Origin: a virus
Length of the DNA: 64,000 nt
IMG/VR virus record: IMGVR_UViG_3300027708_001637
Direction: 5' to 3' (one strand)
Shown one piece after another: positions 54,994-64,000 of this stretch (position 1 is its first letter; each line of letters starts with the position of its first letter). The notes under the pieces were generated by a model. That model did not search any database and had not been told where the DNA came from. It was given only the letters and a program-made list of their open reading frames with translations. A program made the translations under genes and the position numbers.

Positions 54994-56898
54994 TTATTTT
55001 TTAAAATCAAGCAGTCTTTTCATTGCCGAAAATTCAGATTCTGCTACATTTTCTTCTGCTGACATAATGTTATTGCCAGGTGCATGTCCATTAACTGTAA
55101 TATCTCCGCCCATTTCTTCTACTTTTGCTTTAACATTGCCTAACAATTCTTTCAAACGAGATAAGCCGTCATCCTCAATTGGACCGTGTTTCTGTTCGTA
55201 TTTTTGAGTTAATTTTTCCATAAACTCTAATGCCAGTTGTTCGCATTGATCACCAACTTCATCTCCAAACATTTCTGCGCATTTCTTTTTAATGTCTAAA
55301 GCAATGTTTGGAACACCGTTAAATGGTCCCACTGCCGGGTTGTCTTCATTAAATCGACTCTTAACTAGTTTGGCAACTTCCTTAACAACTGCTTCACGAG
55401 TTGGCATTGTCTTGTTAGGCATACCACCCTGTTCTTCATTTTCAGCAGTTGGTTCTTCAGCACCTGCTTCTGGTTCAGGCTCGGCCTGTGGAGTTCCTGT
55501 ACCGCTCATTCCTAACGCTACTGCTAGTTCAGGATAGTCTTGTTGTGCCCAGACTTTGAAAACTTCAACTGCATTTGTTTCTGGATCAACATTGGCAGCA
55601 TCTTTAAATTTATCTTCTAGATCTTCATCTTCAAGACCTAGTTCGCTAAAGAATTGCCAAGCAGTAGTTCCATCTGGACCCAATTCTAATTCAGGGCCAG
55701 TTTGGTCTTTAGGCAATGAATCTAATGCTTGTTTAAGTTCTGCGATTTGATCATCAGTTAATTTATTTTGTTCGGTAGCATCTGCCCAATCTTCAAATTC
55801 TTGTTCAGGACCTGCTTTACCGTGACTAGCAGCACCCATACCAATATCAAATGCCTCGTCAGCATCTTCTTCAGATTCATTAACAAACTCTTCTAAGTCT
55901 ACAATATTATCTTCGCTCATAATTCTATGTAGTAGCGGGAAAAATGCGCTTAGTTCTTCTTGGAAAGTAGATTGAGTAAATTTCTGTTTATACTGTTCCA
56001 TTGTGACGTCATCTAAACCGTCATCCATCATACTGGGTTCTTGGAAAGATTCCATCCAACGCTCGTAGTGTTGACGCTTGCCTAAACATTCCACCTGTGC
56101 TTTTAGTTCTTGTAAACGGCCTATGGCTCTTTCTGTAATTCCTGTTGCGTCATCGTGCAAGGTGGCTCTGTGTACTTTACGTTGAAATTCTTGTAGTTGA
56201 GCAATTTGTTCGCTCATATTGATAATTGCCTTGCCTGCTGGATCGTGCGGAATGCCGCCGTGGTCCACGTGTTGTGCCATTGCAAATGCGCCTGCTGGGT
56301 GAATGAATGGATACTTAAAACGTTCACCGTCTTGGTTTTGAATAAAAATTGCCTTGATGTTTTTCTTTTGACTGCGGGAGCCCGAGTATTCTTCATCTAC
56401 TGGTCTAGCGTGACGTACAATAACTTCTGTTTTACCAGCAACTGCACGGCTAGTTTTCTTTGTGCTTTTATTGTTCCAGCGTGATTCGTTCATAGTTGTC
56501 ATATCTTGTTGTTCCTTAGGGCCCTGGGTCGTGGCCAAATGTTGAAAATCGTTTTTATCAAGGTTTGTTTTGGCAATATCTCTAGTGTCAAAACGTAATA
56601 GTCTACGCATAGCAAAGAAACGCATTTCTTTTAAGAATTTGAACCACTCATTTTTGACTGGATCATCGTGATTTTCTGTAATGCCTTGACTGTAATAAAC
56701 TTTTAAACTACCCAAATCACCAAGGCTAATGCTAACACGGCCTAAGTTGTTGCCTTCGAAAACAAAGTCGAAATCAAAGAATACTGCTTCAGCAGGATCA
56801 ATAGTCACTGCACCAGTTTCGTCGCCCATTTCTAAATTGGAGAAACGGCTGCGAACTTTGTCAAAAAGGTCTTGGGATATTATTTGAATAGGTTTCAT
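54994..56898 (-). CDS. Large acidic late (head-related) protein
   Basis: 634 aa, TAAATA 5 nt upstream, next to terL. Confidence 0.7.
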   Translation of the reverse strand: MKPIQIISQDLFDKVRSRFSNLEMGDETGAVTIDPAEAVFFDFDFVFEGNNLGRVSISLGDLGSLKVYYSQGITENHDDPVKNEWFKFLKEMRFFAMRRLLRFDTRDIAKTNLDKNDFQHLATTQGPKEQQDMTTMNESRWNNKSTKKTSRAVAGKTEVIVRHARPVDEEYSGSRSQKKNIKAIFIQNQDGERFKYPFIHPAGAFAMAQHVDHGGIPHDPAGKAIINMSEQIAQLQEFQRKVHRATLHDDATGITERAIGRLQELKAQVECLGKRQHYERWMESFQEPSMMDDGLDDVTMEQYKQKFTQSTFQEELSAFFPLLHRIMSEDNIVDLEEFVNESEEDADEAFDIGMGAASHGKAGPEQEFEDWADATEQNKLTDDQIAELKQALDSLPKDQTGPELELGPDGTTAWQFFSELGLEDEDLEDKFKDAANVDPETNAVEVFKVWAQQDYPELAVALGMSGTGTPQAEPEPEAGAEEPTAENEEQGGMPNKTMPTREAVVKEVAKLVKSRFNEDNPAVGPFNGVPNIALDIKKKCAEMFGDEVGDQCEQLALEFMEKLTQKYEQKHGPIEDDGLSRLKELLGNVKAKVEEMGGDITVNGHAPGNNIMSAEENVAESEFSAMKRLLDFKK

Positions 56899-56906
56899 AT
56901 CTATAT

Positions 56907-58496
56907 TTAGTATGTGCTAATGTAAATGGGCATAGGTAAATCGTGTTCTTCAAGCCCGTCTTGATCCCGCATTTTGTCATAAATCAACGGATCCCATTCT
57001 TGAAGTGTCATAATCATACGAATGTTTAGCAATACACTTGATACTAGGTCATCGTGCTGCCCACCTTTGCCTTTGAATGTCACACCCTCTGCTACAAACG
57101 TTTTTAGTTCACTAATAAGCGACTTACTATAAACCTTCATTTTGTTAGTTTCAATCAACTGCTTTAATTTAGCACAGGCTGATATTTTACTATTGTGCGT
57201 AGTATTAAATCCCTTACGGAATCTACGAACATGACCACGCTTGACTGGTTCACTTAAGAATAACCCCGGGAAAGTTTCTTCACCCAATGCTTCGATAGCA
57301 ATGAGTGCGGCTTCGCCTAAAGTGTTATTTTCCACACTATAATAAATGCTAGGCGTAACACCCGCTCGTGTGCATTTTTCTTCAATGTGTTTCAACATAT
57401 CCCGCATAATACGAACTTGGCTTTGTATAGGTGTCAAGTTATGATGCCACTCTGCAACTTGTTCCATACTAGGAATTTCAAATATTTCAATAGCGCCAAA
57501 ATCCCCACCTGTTCCTAAACTAGGATCTAAACTAACAAGGTATGTAAACTTGGGATTGATCTTTTTATACCAACGGGCTTGACCCATTTTCATTTTAGGT
57601 TCAACACCTTCTAATGTAGTCAAGCACATACTGCTAATTAATGTTTCGTCAAAGATCAAAAATTTACATTCGTGTTCACGTTCAAACTGTTCGTCACCCA
57701 ACTGAGCACGCATTTCTTTGGCCCATTTTTCATCACGGTCTGGATGTTGATTCCAAATGGCCATATATGGATAGTAGCCATTTTTGCCTAGTAGTGTAGT
57801 ATTGCCAAATTCGTCAGTACGATTGTTTGCTTCATTCCAAATCAACGCAAACTGATCTTCGTCGCTGTTTGGAGTACTGGTAATAATAGCCTTACCGCCT
57901 GTTGCTAGTGTAGGAGCAATGGAAGTCCAGAACTCAGTGGCAATGTTTGGTGGAACGTATGCAAACTCGTCGCAGTATAGAAGCGATATAGACATACCAC
58001 GACCAGTTGTTTCAGTTGTTGTCTGCGCTACGATACGTGAGCCGTTTTCAAATTCAATACTTTGCTTGTTATAGCTGGTAACACCTGCACGAACAAAGTC
58101 GGGACAGGTTTCATATGCGTAACGCAAACGCTGCATAATTTCTTGTGCGCCCGAATACTTGTGAGCACAGATTAAAATGGTACTGTCTGGAACAAACATT
58201 GCGTACCATAGCAAGTATCCAACAGCAGTGGTTGTCTTTCCCATCTGTCGTCCCAACATATTAACGCTGAAACGATTTGTATGATAACTGTATAATAATT
58301 CGTCTTGGTAATCAAATGCATCGTATTTGATTTTACCTTTTTTGGCGTGTTGGATAAAGAAGAAATTCTTTAAGAAATACTTAGGCCCATCTACAGGATC
58401 CATACACGCGGCCATATGTGCCAGATCTTCATCTGTCCATCGTTGTGTTGTGTTTGCCTTTTTTATTAAGACGCCATCTAAATTTTTTGATCCCAT
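56907..58496 (-). CDS. terL: Terminase large subunit
   Basis: GRQMGKT, LYCDEFA, TSTPN, SLDPSLG, HDDLV. Confidence 0.95.
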   Translation of the reverse strand: MGSKNLDGVLIKKANTTQRWTDEDLAHMAACMDPVDGPKYFLKNFFFIQHAKKGKIKYDAFDYQDELLYSYHTNRFSVNMLGRQMGKTTTAVGYLLWYAMFVPDSTILICAHKYSGAQEIMQRLRYAYETCPDFVRAGVTSYNKQSIEFENGSRIVAQTTTETTGRGMSISLLYCDEFAYVPPNIATEFWTSIAPTLATGGKAIITSTPNSDEDQFALIWNEANNRTDEFGNTTLLGKNGYYPYMAIWNQHPDRDEKWAKEMRAQLGDEQFEREHECKFLIFDETLISSMCLTTLEGVEPKMKMGQARWYKKINPKFTYLVSLDPSLGTGGDFGAIEIFEIPSMEQVAEWHHNLTPIQSQVRIMRDMLKHIEEKCTRAGVTPSIYYSVENNTLGEAALIAIEALGEETFPGLFLSEPVKRGHVRRFRKGFNTTHNSKISACAKLKQLIETNKMKVYSKSLISELKTFVAEGVTFKGKGGQHDDLVSSVLLNIRMIMTLQEWDPLIYDKMRDQDGLEEHDLPMPIYISTY

Positions 58497-58509
58497 AATG
58501 TTATTTACT

Positions 58510-58538
58510 GAAAAAAATAGCCTCCGAAGAGGCTATTT
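58510..58538. terminator. Intrinsic terminator
   Basis: AAAAAAATAGCCTC-CGAA-GAGGCTATTT. Confidence 0.8.
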
Positions 58539-58555
58539 GGTTTGATTGTATATGA

Positions 58556-59548
58556 TTATCTTTCCATAGCGGCTCTACGGTCATTTCTCATACGCTCTTT
58601 CTTATCGTGTAATGCTTGCAAATGCTTTTTAGCAGATTCGTCACCTGTACCGGCTCGTTTCTTTAAATCATCTTCGTGTGATTTTTCTAAACTACGACGA
58701 TGTTCTGCATCAACACTGTTAGGGTTATATGCTTCGCTGGCATTTTCATCTACACCTAAGTAATCAGCTAGGTTTTGTCCAATGTACTCGCTAGCATCTG
58801 CATCATAGTTTATAATATCACCATTGTTGAAATGATAATCCCATAGTGCTGATTCTAAGTCATAATCTAATTCGCCACCATCTTTAAAGTCTTGGACCTG
58901 TTGAGGAAAACGACGTAATACATCCTCATACGAAGATTCGTTAAGTGTACTCTCAGAAATAAACTGTTTGTACTGGGCCATCAACTGTTGCTCCATTGTC
59001 ATGTCTGCTTTCTTTTCTTCCTCGTGTTTTGATGGATCACCGTGAGGATTGTTCTTTGTAGCACGACCGTGGGCACTTCCACTATTTGGACGATATGCAT
59101 ATTGATTGGTGTCAACTGCTGGTGGCTTTGTAGGATCGTTTGGTGTAGTGTCTACGCCAGGAATGCCATATTCGTCGGCACTTTCATCAGTTTCTGCTTC
59201 ATCTCCCATATCGTGCATTTTATCTAATACACTACGCATACTATCACGTTCTGCATCAGCGCCCATTGTAGGCTCAGCAGTCATTGTTGCTACTGGAGGT
59301 TCAGCACCCAAATGCTCTGGCTCAACTTTATGAACACCTGCCAATTGCATAAGTGCGGCCAACATACTACCTAGTTCTTCGCCACTGCCTGCTGTAACGC
59401 TTAGACTAGCAGGAGTACTTGGAGCGGTAGACATACCATCCATCATTCCCATTGGTCCGCATTCTGCTACTTCAGTTGACTCTTTAATAACATTAGGGTT
59501 TTTAGCATCTAGCTCAGCTAGTCGTTTTAGTACATTGATCATTTGCAT
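58556..59548 (-). CDS. Acidic low-complexity late protein (scaffold/core-like)
   Basis: ORF in the head module. Confidence 0.65.
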   Translation of the reverse strand: MQMINVLKRLAELDAKNPNVIKESTEVAECGPMGMMDGMSTAPSTPASLSVTAGSGEELGSMLAALMQLAGVHKVEPEHLGAEPPVATMTAEPTMGADAERDSMRSVLDKMHDMGDEAETDESADEYGIPGVDTTPNDPTKPPAVDTNQYAYRPNSGSAHGRATKNNPHGDPSKHEEEKKADMTMEQQLMAQYKQFISESTLNESSYEDVLRRFPQQVQDFKDGGELDYDLESALWDYHFNNGDIINYDADASEYIGQNLADYLGVDENASEAYNPNSVDAEHRRSLEKSHEDDLKKRAGTGDESAKKHLQALHDKKERMRNDRRAAMER

Positions 59549-59549
59549 A

Positions 59550-60149
59550 TTATTTTTTCCTTGGATCAGTAGCCTGAGCTAACATAATTTTAGTATCAGC
59601 AGGAGTGTCTGTGTTAAATTTAGCAACTCCTTCTGTTGGAATCTCTTCACCTCGAGCTTTGCGCTGTAGTTTTAAGATGTCATTTAATTCTTTTACGAAC
59701 CCACTGTTATACTTGTCGCCATAGTAATCTTCAAATTGTGGACTACCGGCTTCTTTATAATCTGGATCATCAAGTAGTGCACCTTCTCGCTTTTCTACTG
59801 GAGTTTGATATTGTTCGCTAGGTTCGCCAGGGCGGACAACTACTAATTTTTCTCGACTAACGCCAAGTCCTGAGGACAAATATTCTGTTAATTCTTGCTG
59901 TGTAGTTGGATAATCTACAGTAACTTCAAAAATATGAACTTCGCAGTTTCGTACCTGAGGAAAATCAAGTGGCAAACTTTGAATTGGTGTAATACCAACT
60001 TTTTTGAATGCATCCACTTGGAATCGTTCCATCATGGTCTTTAATTTGCCTTCTTGTTCAGTGGTGAAGTCTCCAGCCACTTTAACACGGAATTGATGCT
60101 TCTTTGTGGAAACGCCTTCGGATAGATAGTCTTTGAAGTTCTTAGTCAT
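59550..60149 (-). CDS. Conserved late protein
   Basis: TAAATA upstream; N-terminus MTKNFKDYLSE. Confidence 0.7.
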   Translation of the reverse strand: MTKNFKDYLSEGVSTKKHQFRVKVAGDFTTEQEGKLKTMMERFQVDAFKKVGITPIQSLPLDFPQVRNCEVHIFEVTVDYPTTQQELTEYLSSGLGVSREKLVVVRPGEPSEQYQTPVEKREGALLDDPDYKEAGSPQFEDYYGDKYNSGFVKELNDILKLQRKARGEEIPTEGVAKFNTDTPADTKIMLAQATDPRKK

Positions 60150-60155
60150 AGTGTT

Positions 60156-60644
60156 TTATTTATTCAGATTCTTGAGTTTTTCCAGAATGCTATTACGATC
60201 TGTTAGTATATAGCCCTGTCCTTCAATAGGATCATCACCGCCACCTTTGTCGCCATTCTTACGGTCAATGGCCAACTTTTTAAGTTGCAAATCAACCATC
60301 TTTAATTTCTTATCAATCTTGTTTGTCTTGGCCTGTATTGCAGCATTCATCATCTGTGCCGCTACTTCAAACATCTTAGTACCATAACGGGCGTCTACAT
60401 TCATACCTAGATCCATTAAATCATCATATGCTTGTTCTGCTTTGTTGGCCAACGCATCTAGTTCGGCATCGCTAATATCGCCTAGACCTTTTACTCTAGG
60501 CAAGGCTGCGGAAATTTTATCAAATTCTTCTAATTTATCCTGTAGATCAATCAAAGGAGTTGGTGTAATTTCCTCTGGTTGTGGCATCATAGGAGGCTCA
60601 TTGTTTTCAGGTAAGTTGAAAAGTTCTTCAAGTTTTTTGGTCAT
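60156..60644 (-). CDS. Possible terminase small subunit-like protein
   Basis: Helical coiled coil; position near terL and gp4. Confidence 0.45.
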   Translation of the reverse strand: MTKKLEELFNLPENNEPPMMPQPEEITPTPLIDLQDKLEEFDKISAALPRVKGLGDISDAELDALANKAEQAYDDLMDLGMNVDARYGTKMFEVAAQMMNAAIQAKTNKIDKKLKMVDLQLKKLAIDRKNGDKGGGDDPIEGQGYILTDRNSILEKLKNLNK

Positions 60645-60648
60645 ACTA

Positions 60649-61098
60649 TTACTTATTTCTTTTCTTACCAGTATTGGAAAAAATATCGTGTTCGTTAATC
60701 ACACGAAACTTAATTCCTTGATTCCTGCACCAAGCACCTGCTGCTTCCCATTTGGCCATATTTTTAATATACTGTGCTTGATTATAGGGATTCTTACCCA
60801 CTTGCTCAATCATCATTTGATTTGCAGGTTTAATCTCAATCATTTCAATGTGTTTTCTATTGTTCTTATCTATGTAAGTAACTAAAAAATCAGGAACATA
60901 AACAGTTTGTTTGCCGGTCAACGGATCACGATAGGGGATTTTAAGAGGTTCACTAGCCCAAGACTCTACTGCTGGATTGTTGTCGCAAAACATACAAAAT
61001 GTAGTTTCCCAACTGCTACGGCAAAAAGGAATCTTTGACCCTACATATTTTTCAGGGTTTTTTAGTGTGTATGGCCCTTGGGCAAATTTCATACTCAT
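60649..61098 (-). CDS. Head completion nuclease (T4 gp4/TnsA-like)
   Basis: NPEKYVG...RSSWE..FC.FCD...WASE...YVPDF...IEIKP...KWEAA. Confidence 0.88.
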   Translation of the reverse strand: MSMKFAQGPYTLKNPEKYVGSKIPFCRSSWETTFCMFCDNNPAVESWASEPLKIPYRDPLTGKQTVYVPDFLVTYIDKNNRKHIEMIEIKPANQMMIEQVGKNPYNQAQYIKNMAKWEAAGAWCRNQGIKFRVINEHDIFSNTGKKRNK

Positions 61099-61478
61099 GC
61101 TAGGATGTTTCGTTGAACTTCGTGATAAGGTTTGATTGCAGAGGAATATCCCAGAAAACTACTTTTAAATCTATTGTAATTTAATATCTGTGTGGCCAGT
61201 TCACTTATTTCTAACCCATCTAAACCAGTTAGGCCATCTAGTACTGTCATTGGGTTGTATCCATCAGTTTGCGCCTGTGTTATAATAATTGCAGCAATAG
61301 CATTTGAAGTTGTGATATCAAACCCACGACTTTCAAAAAATCCTGTCATAGCATTTAATGTTCCTGCATCAAATTCAGTAGGTGCAGTATAATAACTGTT
61401 GAATGATTGTACTGTACCATTACTAGTGTATATACTGGGTGTAGGAGTGGTTGGTAAATTACTGTAGGTGGTTTTCAT
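61095..61478 (-). CDS. Hypothetical structural-module protein
   Basis: Coupled ORF. Confidence 0.7.
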   Translation of the reverse strand: MKTTYSNLPTTPTPSIYTSNGTVQSFNSYYTAPTEFDAGTLNAMTGFFESRGFDITTSNAIAAIIITQAQTDGYNPMTVLDGLTGLDGLEISELATQILNYNRFKSSFLGYSSAIKPYHEVQRNILA

Positions 61479-62551
61479 ATGTTACCGTTTTTAAATGTTC
61501 TATTTTGTTCTGGCAGAGGTTCAGTGGTAACACTGGCGGCGGCAGCAAAAACCGCATCACTAAGTGCATTAGTTAGTACATTCTTTGGATTAAAACCATA
61601 TACTTGCCAAGCCAATCTTGGATTTTCCAATAACTGTCTTGCAACACCCACAGCCCGTAATGTAGAACCTATTGCTAATAGTGATTTTGATAATTCACCA
61701 GTACTTGGTGGTTTAACTACATCCAACGGTGGTCTAAAATCAGTCTCTTCTAAAATAGATCCAGAGCGTGCACCCAAGTTTGGTGCCCCGTAAATCAATG
61801 TACTGGGAGTGTTGTCGCGATACTCGTTGGCAAGTCCAGTTAAATTTGTTAATGCTACGTTGGTTCCAATTGTGCCCTCTTGATAAAATACGTCTTCGTA
61901 CATTAGGGACATACTATTTTTTAAAAATTTGCTGCCGTTTTCCTGATCCAATGAATCATGTTCCCACGATGTTATTAGGGGATTGATCAAAGACATTTTG
62001 GTATAGTTGTTCTGATGCAATACAAAAATATCAATACTTGTAAAAAAAGATTTCTGTTTTGCATTTTGATAACCATATTGATAATCTATTGTACCAAATT
62101 TAGTATCACTCAATTCTTTGGCAGTTTCATTTTTCTTAGGAGAATAATTAGGATCGGTATAATAATATTTGAAATAGTTTTTCCAAAGCCCAGTTGTGTT
62201 TGATGCCATATCATCGTGGAATTCAAGTTTTACAGGTTCATAATTAAGTTTGGTTTGTATATTTGTTTTTCTATTATATTGGTTGATAGTTTCAGTGGCA
62301 ATTTTAAATTTGGGCAATTGAACGTTCTTTGCCAGTAATCCTGCTGCTAAGTTATCCCAACCATCTAGTTTTGCTTCTTTATTAATATTGAAATACACAT
62401 AATATAAAAATGCTGATTTAGGAGTAAGAGCTGAGTTATTTGAACTATATAACTTAGATGCGTGATTAGAACTACGCAACCACGGGCGACCGTATTCACC
62501 TGTAGTATAGGGACCGGCGGCTTCTTGACTGATGTTACTATTATTGGGCAT
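61475..62551 (-). CDS. Tail-tube-fold baseplate protein (gp54/gp48-like)
   Basis: AKNVQLPKF...QYNRK...YEPVKLEFHDD; follows the tube gene. Confidence 0.7.
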   Translation of the reverse strand: MPNNSNISQEAAGPYTTGEYGRPWLRSSNHASKLYSSNNSALTPKSAFLYYVYFNINKEAKLDGWDNLAAGLLAKNVQLPKFKIATETINQYNRKTNIQTKLNYEPVKLEFHDDMASNTTGLWKNYFKYYYTDPNYSPKKNETAKELSDTKFGTIDYQYGYQNAKQKSFFTSIDIFVLHQNNYTKMSLINPLITSWEHDSLDQENGSKFLKNSMSLMYEDVFYQEGTIGTNVALTNLTGLANEYRDNTPSTLIYGAPNLGARSGSILEETDFRPPLDVVKPPSTGELSKSLLAIGSTLRAVGVARQLLENPRLAWQVYGFNPKNVLTNALSDAVFAAAASVTTEPLPEQNRTFKNGNI

Positions 62552-62568
62552 AGTTATATTTATGTCAT

Positions 62569-62598
62569 AAAAAAACCCCAGATTTTAGCCTGGGGTTA
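62569..62598 (-). terminator. Intrinsic terminator after tail tube
   Basis: Minus strand AACCCCAG-GCTAAAAT-CTGGGGTTTTTT. Confidence 0.75.
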
Positions 62599-62613
62599 TG
62601 TATCAAATATTAA

Positions 62614-63228
62614 TTAAAGTGCGTTAATACTTACTGTACGTAATGGTGCGCCACCTGTTAATAGGCCACCTGCTGCATTGGTTTGCAATGCGTTATCGTA
62701 ACAGATTTCCATTTCAACTTCTAATGGATCTGCCTTGGAATAATCAACTGCGCTATATTGCACAGACTTTAACCAGCAGCCATCGAGTTCAAAGGATTCC
62801 AACGTGACCACTTGAGCACCGTTGCCGCCGTCTAAGATTTCAATAACCATAGAGAATTTGTAATCTTGTCCACTAGCACCGCTGGATTGATTGTAAAAGT
62901 CAAACTGTTTCTGAACTTGTTGTCCAACTACTGTTGATACAGCGTTAGTTACATCATCACGAACTTTTAACTTAAGGTTGTTCCATTTGTATTTTCCCTG
63001 TACCTTAACAACACTGTTATAACTGTGTAATTCAACTTCAGTAAAATCCGCTTTGGGACGATCAACACTCATAACTTGTTTGGTAATTTCAGTTGGGTTG
63101 CCGCCTGAAATAGCACCAAAGTTAAACAAGGTAACGCGAAAGCGATACCCTAACTTTGGCATCAACATACCTTGATTATTTGAACCGGATAACGGAACTG
63201 AAAAATTTGATAAACTTGCGATTGGCAT
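62614..63228 (-). CDS. Tail tube protein (gp19-like)
   Basis: MPKLGYRFRV...VDRP...GKYKWN...RDD...GCWLKSVQY; directly after sheath. Confidence 0.88.
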   Translation of the reverse strand: MPIASLSNFSVPLSGSNNQGMLMPKLGYRFRVTLFNFGAISGGNPTEITKQVMSVDRPKADFTEVELHSYNSVVKVQGKYKWNNLKLKVRDDVTNAVSTVVGQQVQKQFDFYNQSSGASGQDYKFSMVIEILDGGNGAQVVTLESFELDGCWLKSVQYSAVDYSKADPLEVEMEICYDNALQTNAAGGLLTGGAPLRTVSINAL

Positions 63229-63254
63229 TTATATGCTCCTTATTCTTTTACTTT

Positions 63255-64000
63255 TTACTGTCCACTACTGGTAGTGCTGTTACCACTTAATTGTGATCCA
63301 TAGTTACCAGAAGCAATAGCACCAGTATTCAACAATCTTAATGGAATGTAGATAAACTCAACACTCTTAACTGGCTCAATGGCAACGTCTACCCAAAGCT
63401 CATTGCGATCAATTCTAGTAGGTGTATTGTTAGTTTGATCACATACTACAACAAAGTCGTATAGTGCACGTTGGCTAACTAATCCAGATAATAATGATTC
63501 AATTGATGTTTTAATGCTCTTACGAGTTTGATTGTCGTTAGGTTCAAACAAGTATGGTTTAGCTAACACACCTAGTTGTCTACGTAGATAAGTTACTAAT
63601 CTAACTACGTTAACACGATCTAATGAACTTGCACCAGCAGCACGAGTATATTGTCCCATTACAGTTAAGCCAGCACTTGGTAATGTAGCAATTGGGTTAA
63701 CTTCAACAGCAGCCAACACATTGCGTAGACTTTCGTGCAACGACACAGTTTTAAATTTGCCTGTAGTGCTGTCAACATAACCTACTGAACTTGCATTATT
63801 TACAATACCCCTGCGTGTTCCTGCTGGAGCAAACCAAGGATAACTCACATTGTCGCTGCTAATAATTGTATTCAACATCATATGGCTTGGTGGAACAACA
63901 ATGCTATTACCCTTGTTGTCATTTGTATGACCACTTGGATAGTAAACTGCTGTGTAAGCATCGTAACTTACTAGACCATCATCACCGTTGTCAGTTGCTA
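63255..64000 (-). CDS. Tail sheath protein (gp18-like), C-terminal part
   Basis: PWFAPAGTRRG, LDRVNVVRL, FEPND, NNTPTRIDRNELWVDVAIEPVKSVEFIYI. Confidence 0.95.
   Translation of the reverse strand, partial: ATDNGDDGLVSYDAYTAVYYPSGHTNDNKGNSIVVPPSHMMLNTIISSDNVSYPWFAPAGTRRGIVNNASSVGYVDSTTGKFKTVSLHESLRNVLAAVEVNPIATLPSAGLTVMGQYTRAAGASSLDRVNVVRLVTYLRRQLGVLAKPYLFEPNDNQTRKSIKTSIESLLSGLVSQRALYDFVVVCDQTNNTPTRIDRNELWVDVAIEPVKSVEFIYIPLRLLNTGAIASGNYGSQLSGNSTTSSGQ

Overview
A 64-kb segment of a large T4-like contractile-tailed (jumbo-type) bacteriophage genome, read with the standard code. Left arm (1-21.3 kb, mostly minus strand): tail-fibre/virion genes, including an ORF-track-missed collagen-repeat fibre and a 2878-aa Ig/pseudo-subtilase/Hint protein. 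It also carries HNH nucleases, DNA ligase, IF-1, ErpA, a B12 radical SAM protein, a SleB-type hydrolase and two GT9-like glycosyltransferases. Centre (22.1-36.1 kb, plus strand, higher GC): a non-coding control region with iteron-like repeats, a tRNA(CAU) and a helically phased array of 12 same-orientation DnaA boxes. This is followed by about 39 small early ORFs built as promoter-leader-gene cassettes behind 31 near-consensus sigma70 promoters, punctuated by hairpin clusters sharing a GTAGTG loop. Right arm (36.4-64 kb, minus strand): RmlB, 5'-nucleotidase, a Pol-beta-type nucleotidyltransferase, helicase, primase, a 192-aa mini-DnaE, an ADP-heptose cluster embedded in the replication module, UvsW/UvsY/UvsX, gp32, terminase, head-completion nuclease, tail tube and the tail sheath C-terminus. 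The best candidates for an undescribed system are the phased DnaA-box array (host DnaA sink or hijacked origin) and the adjacent promoter-cassette array. All product calls come from motif recognition by eye, not database searches.
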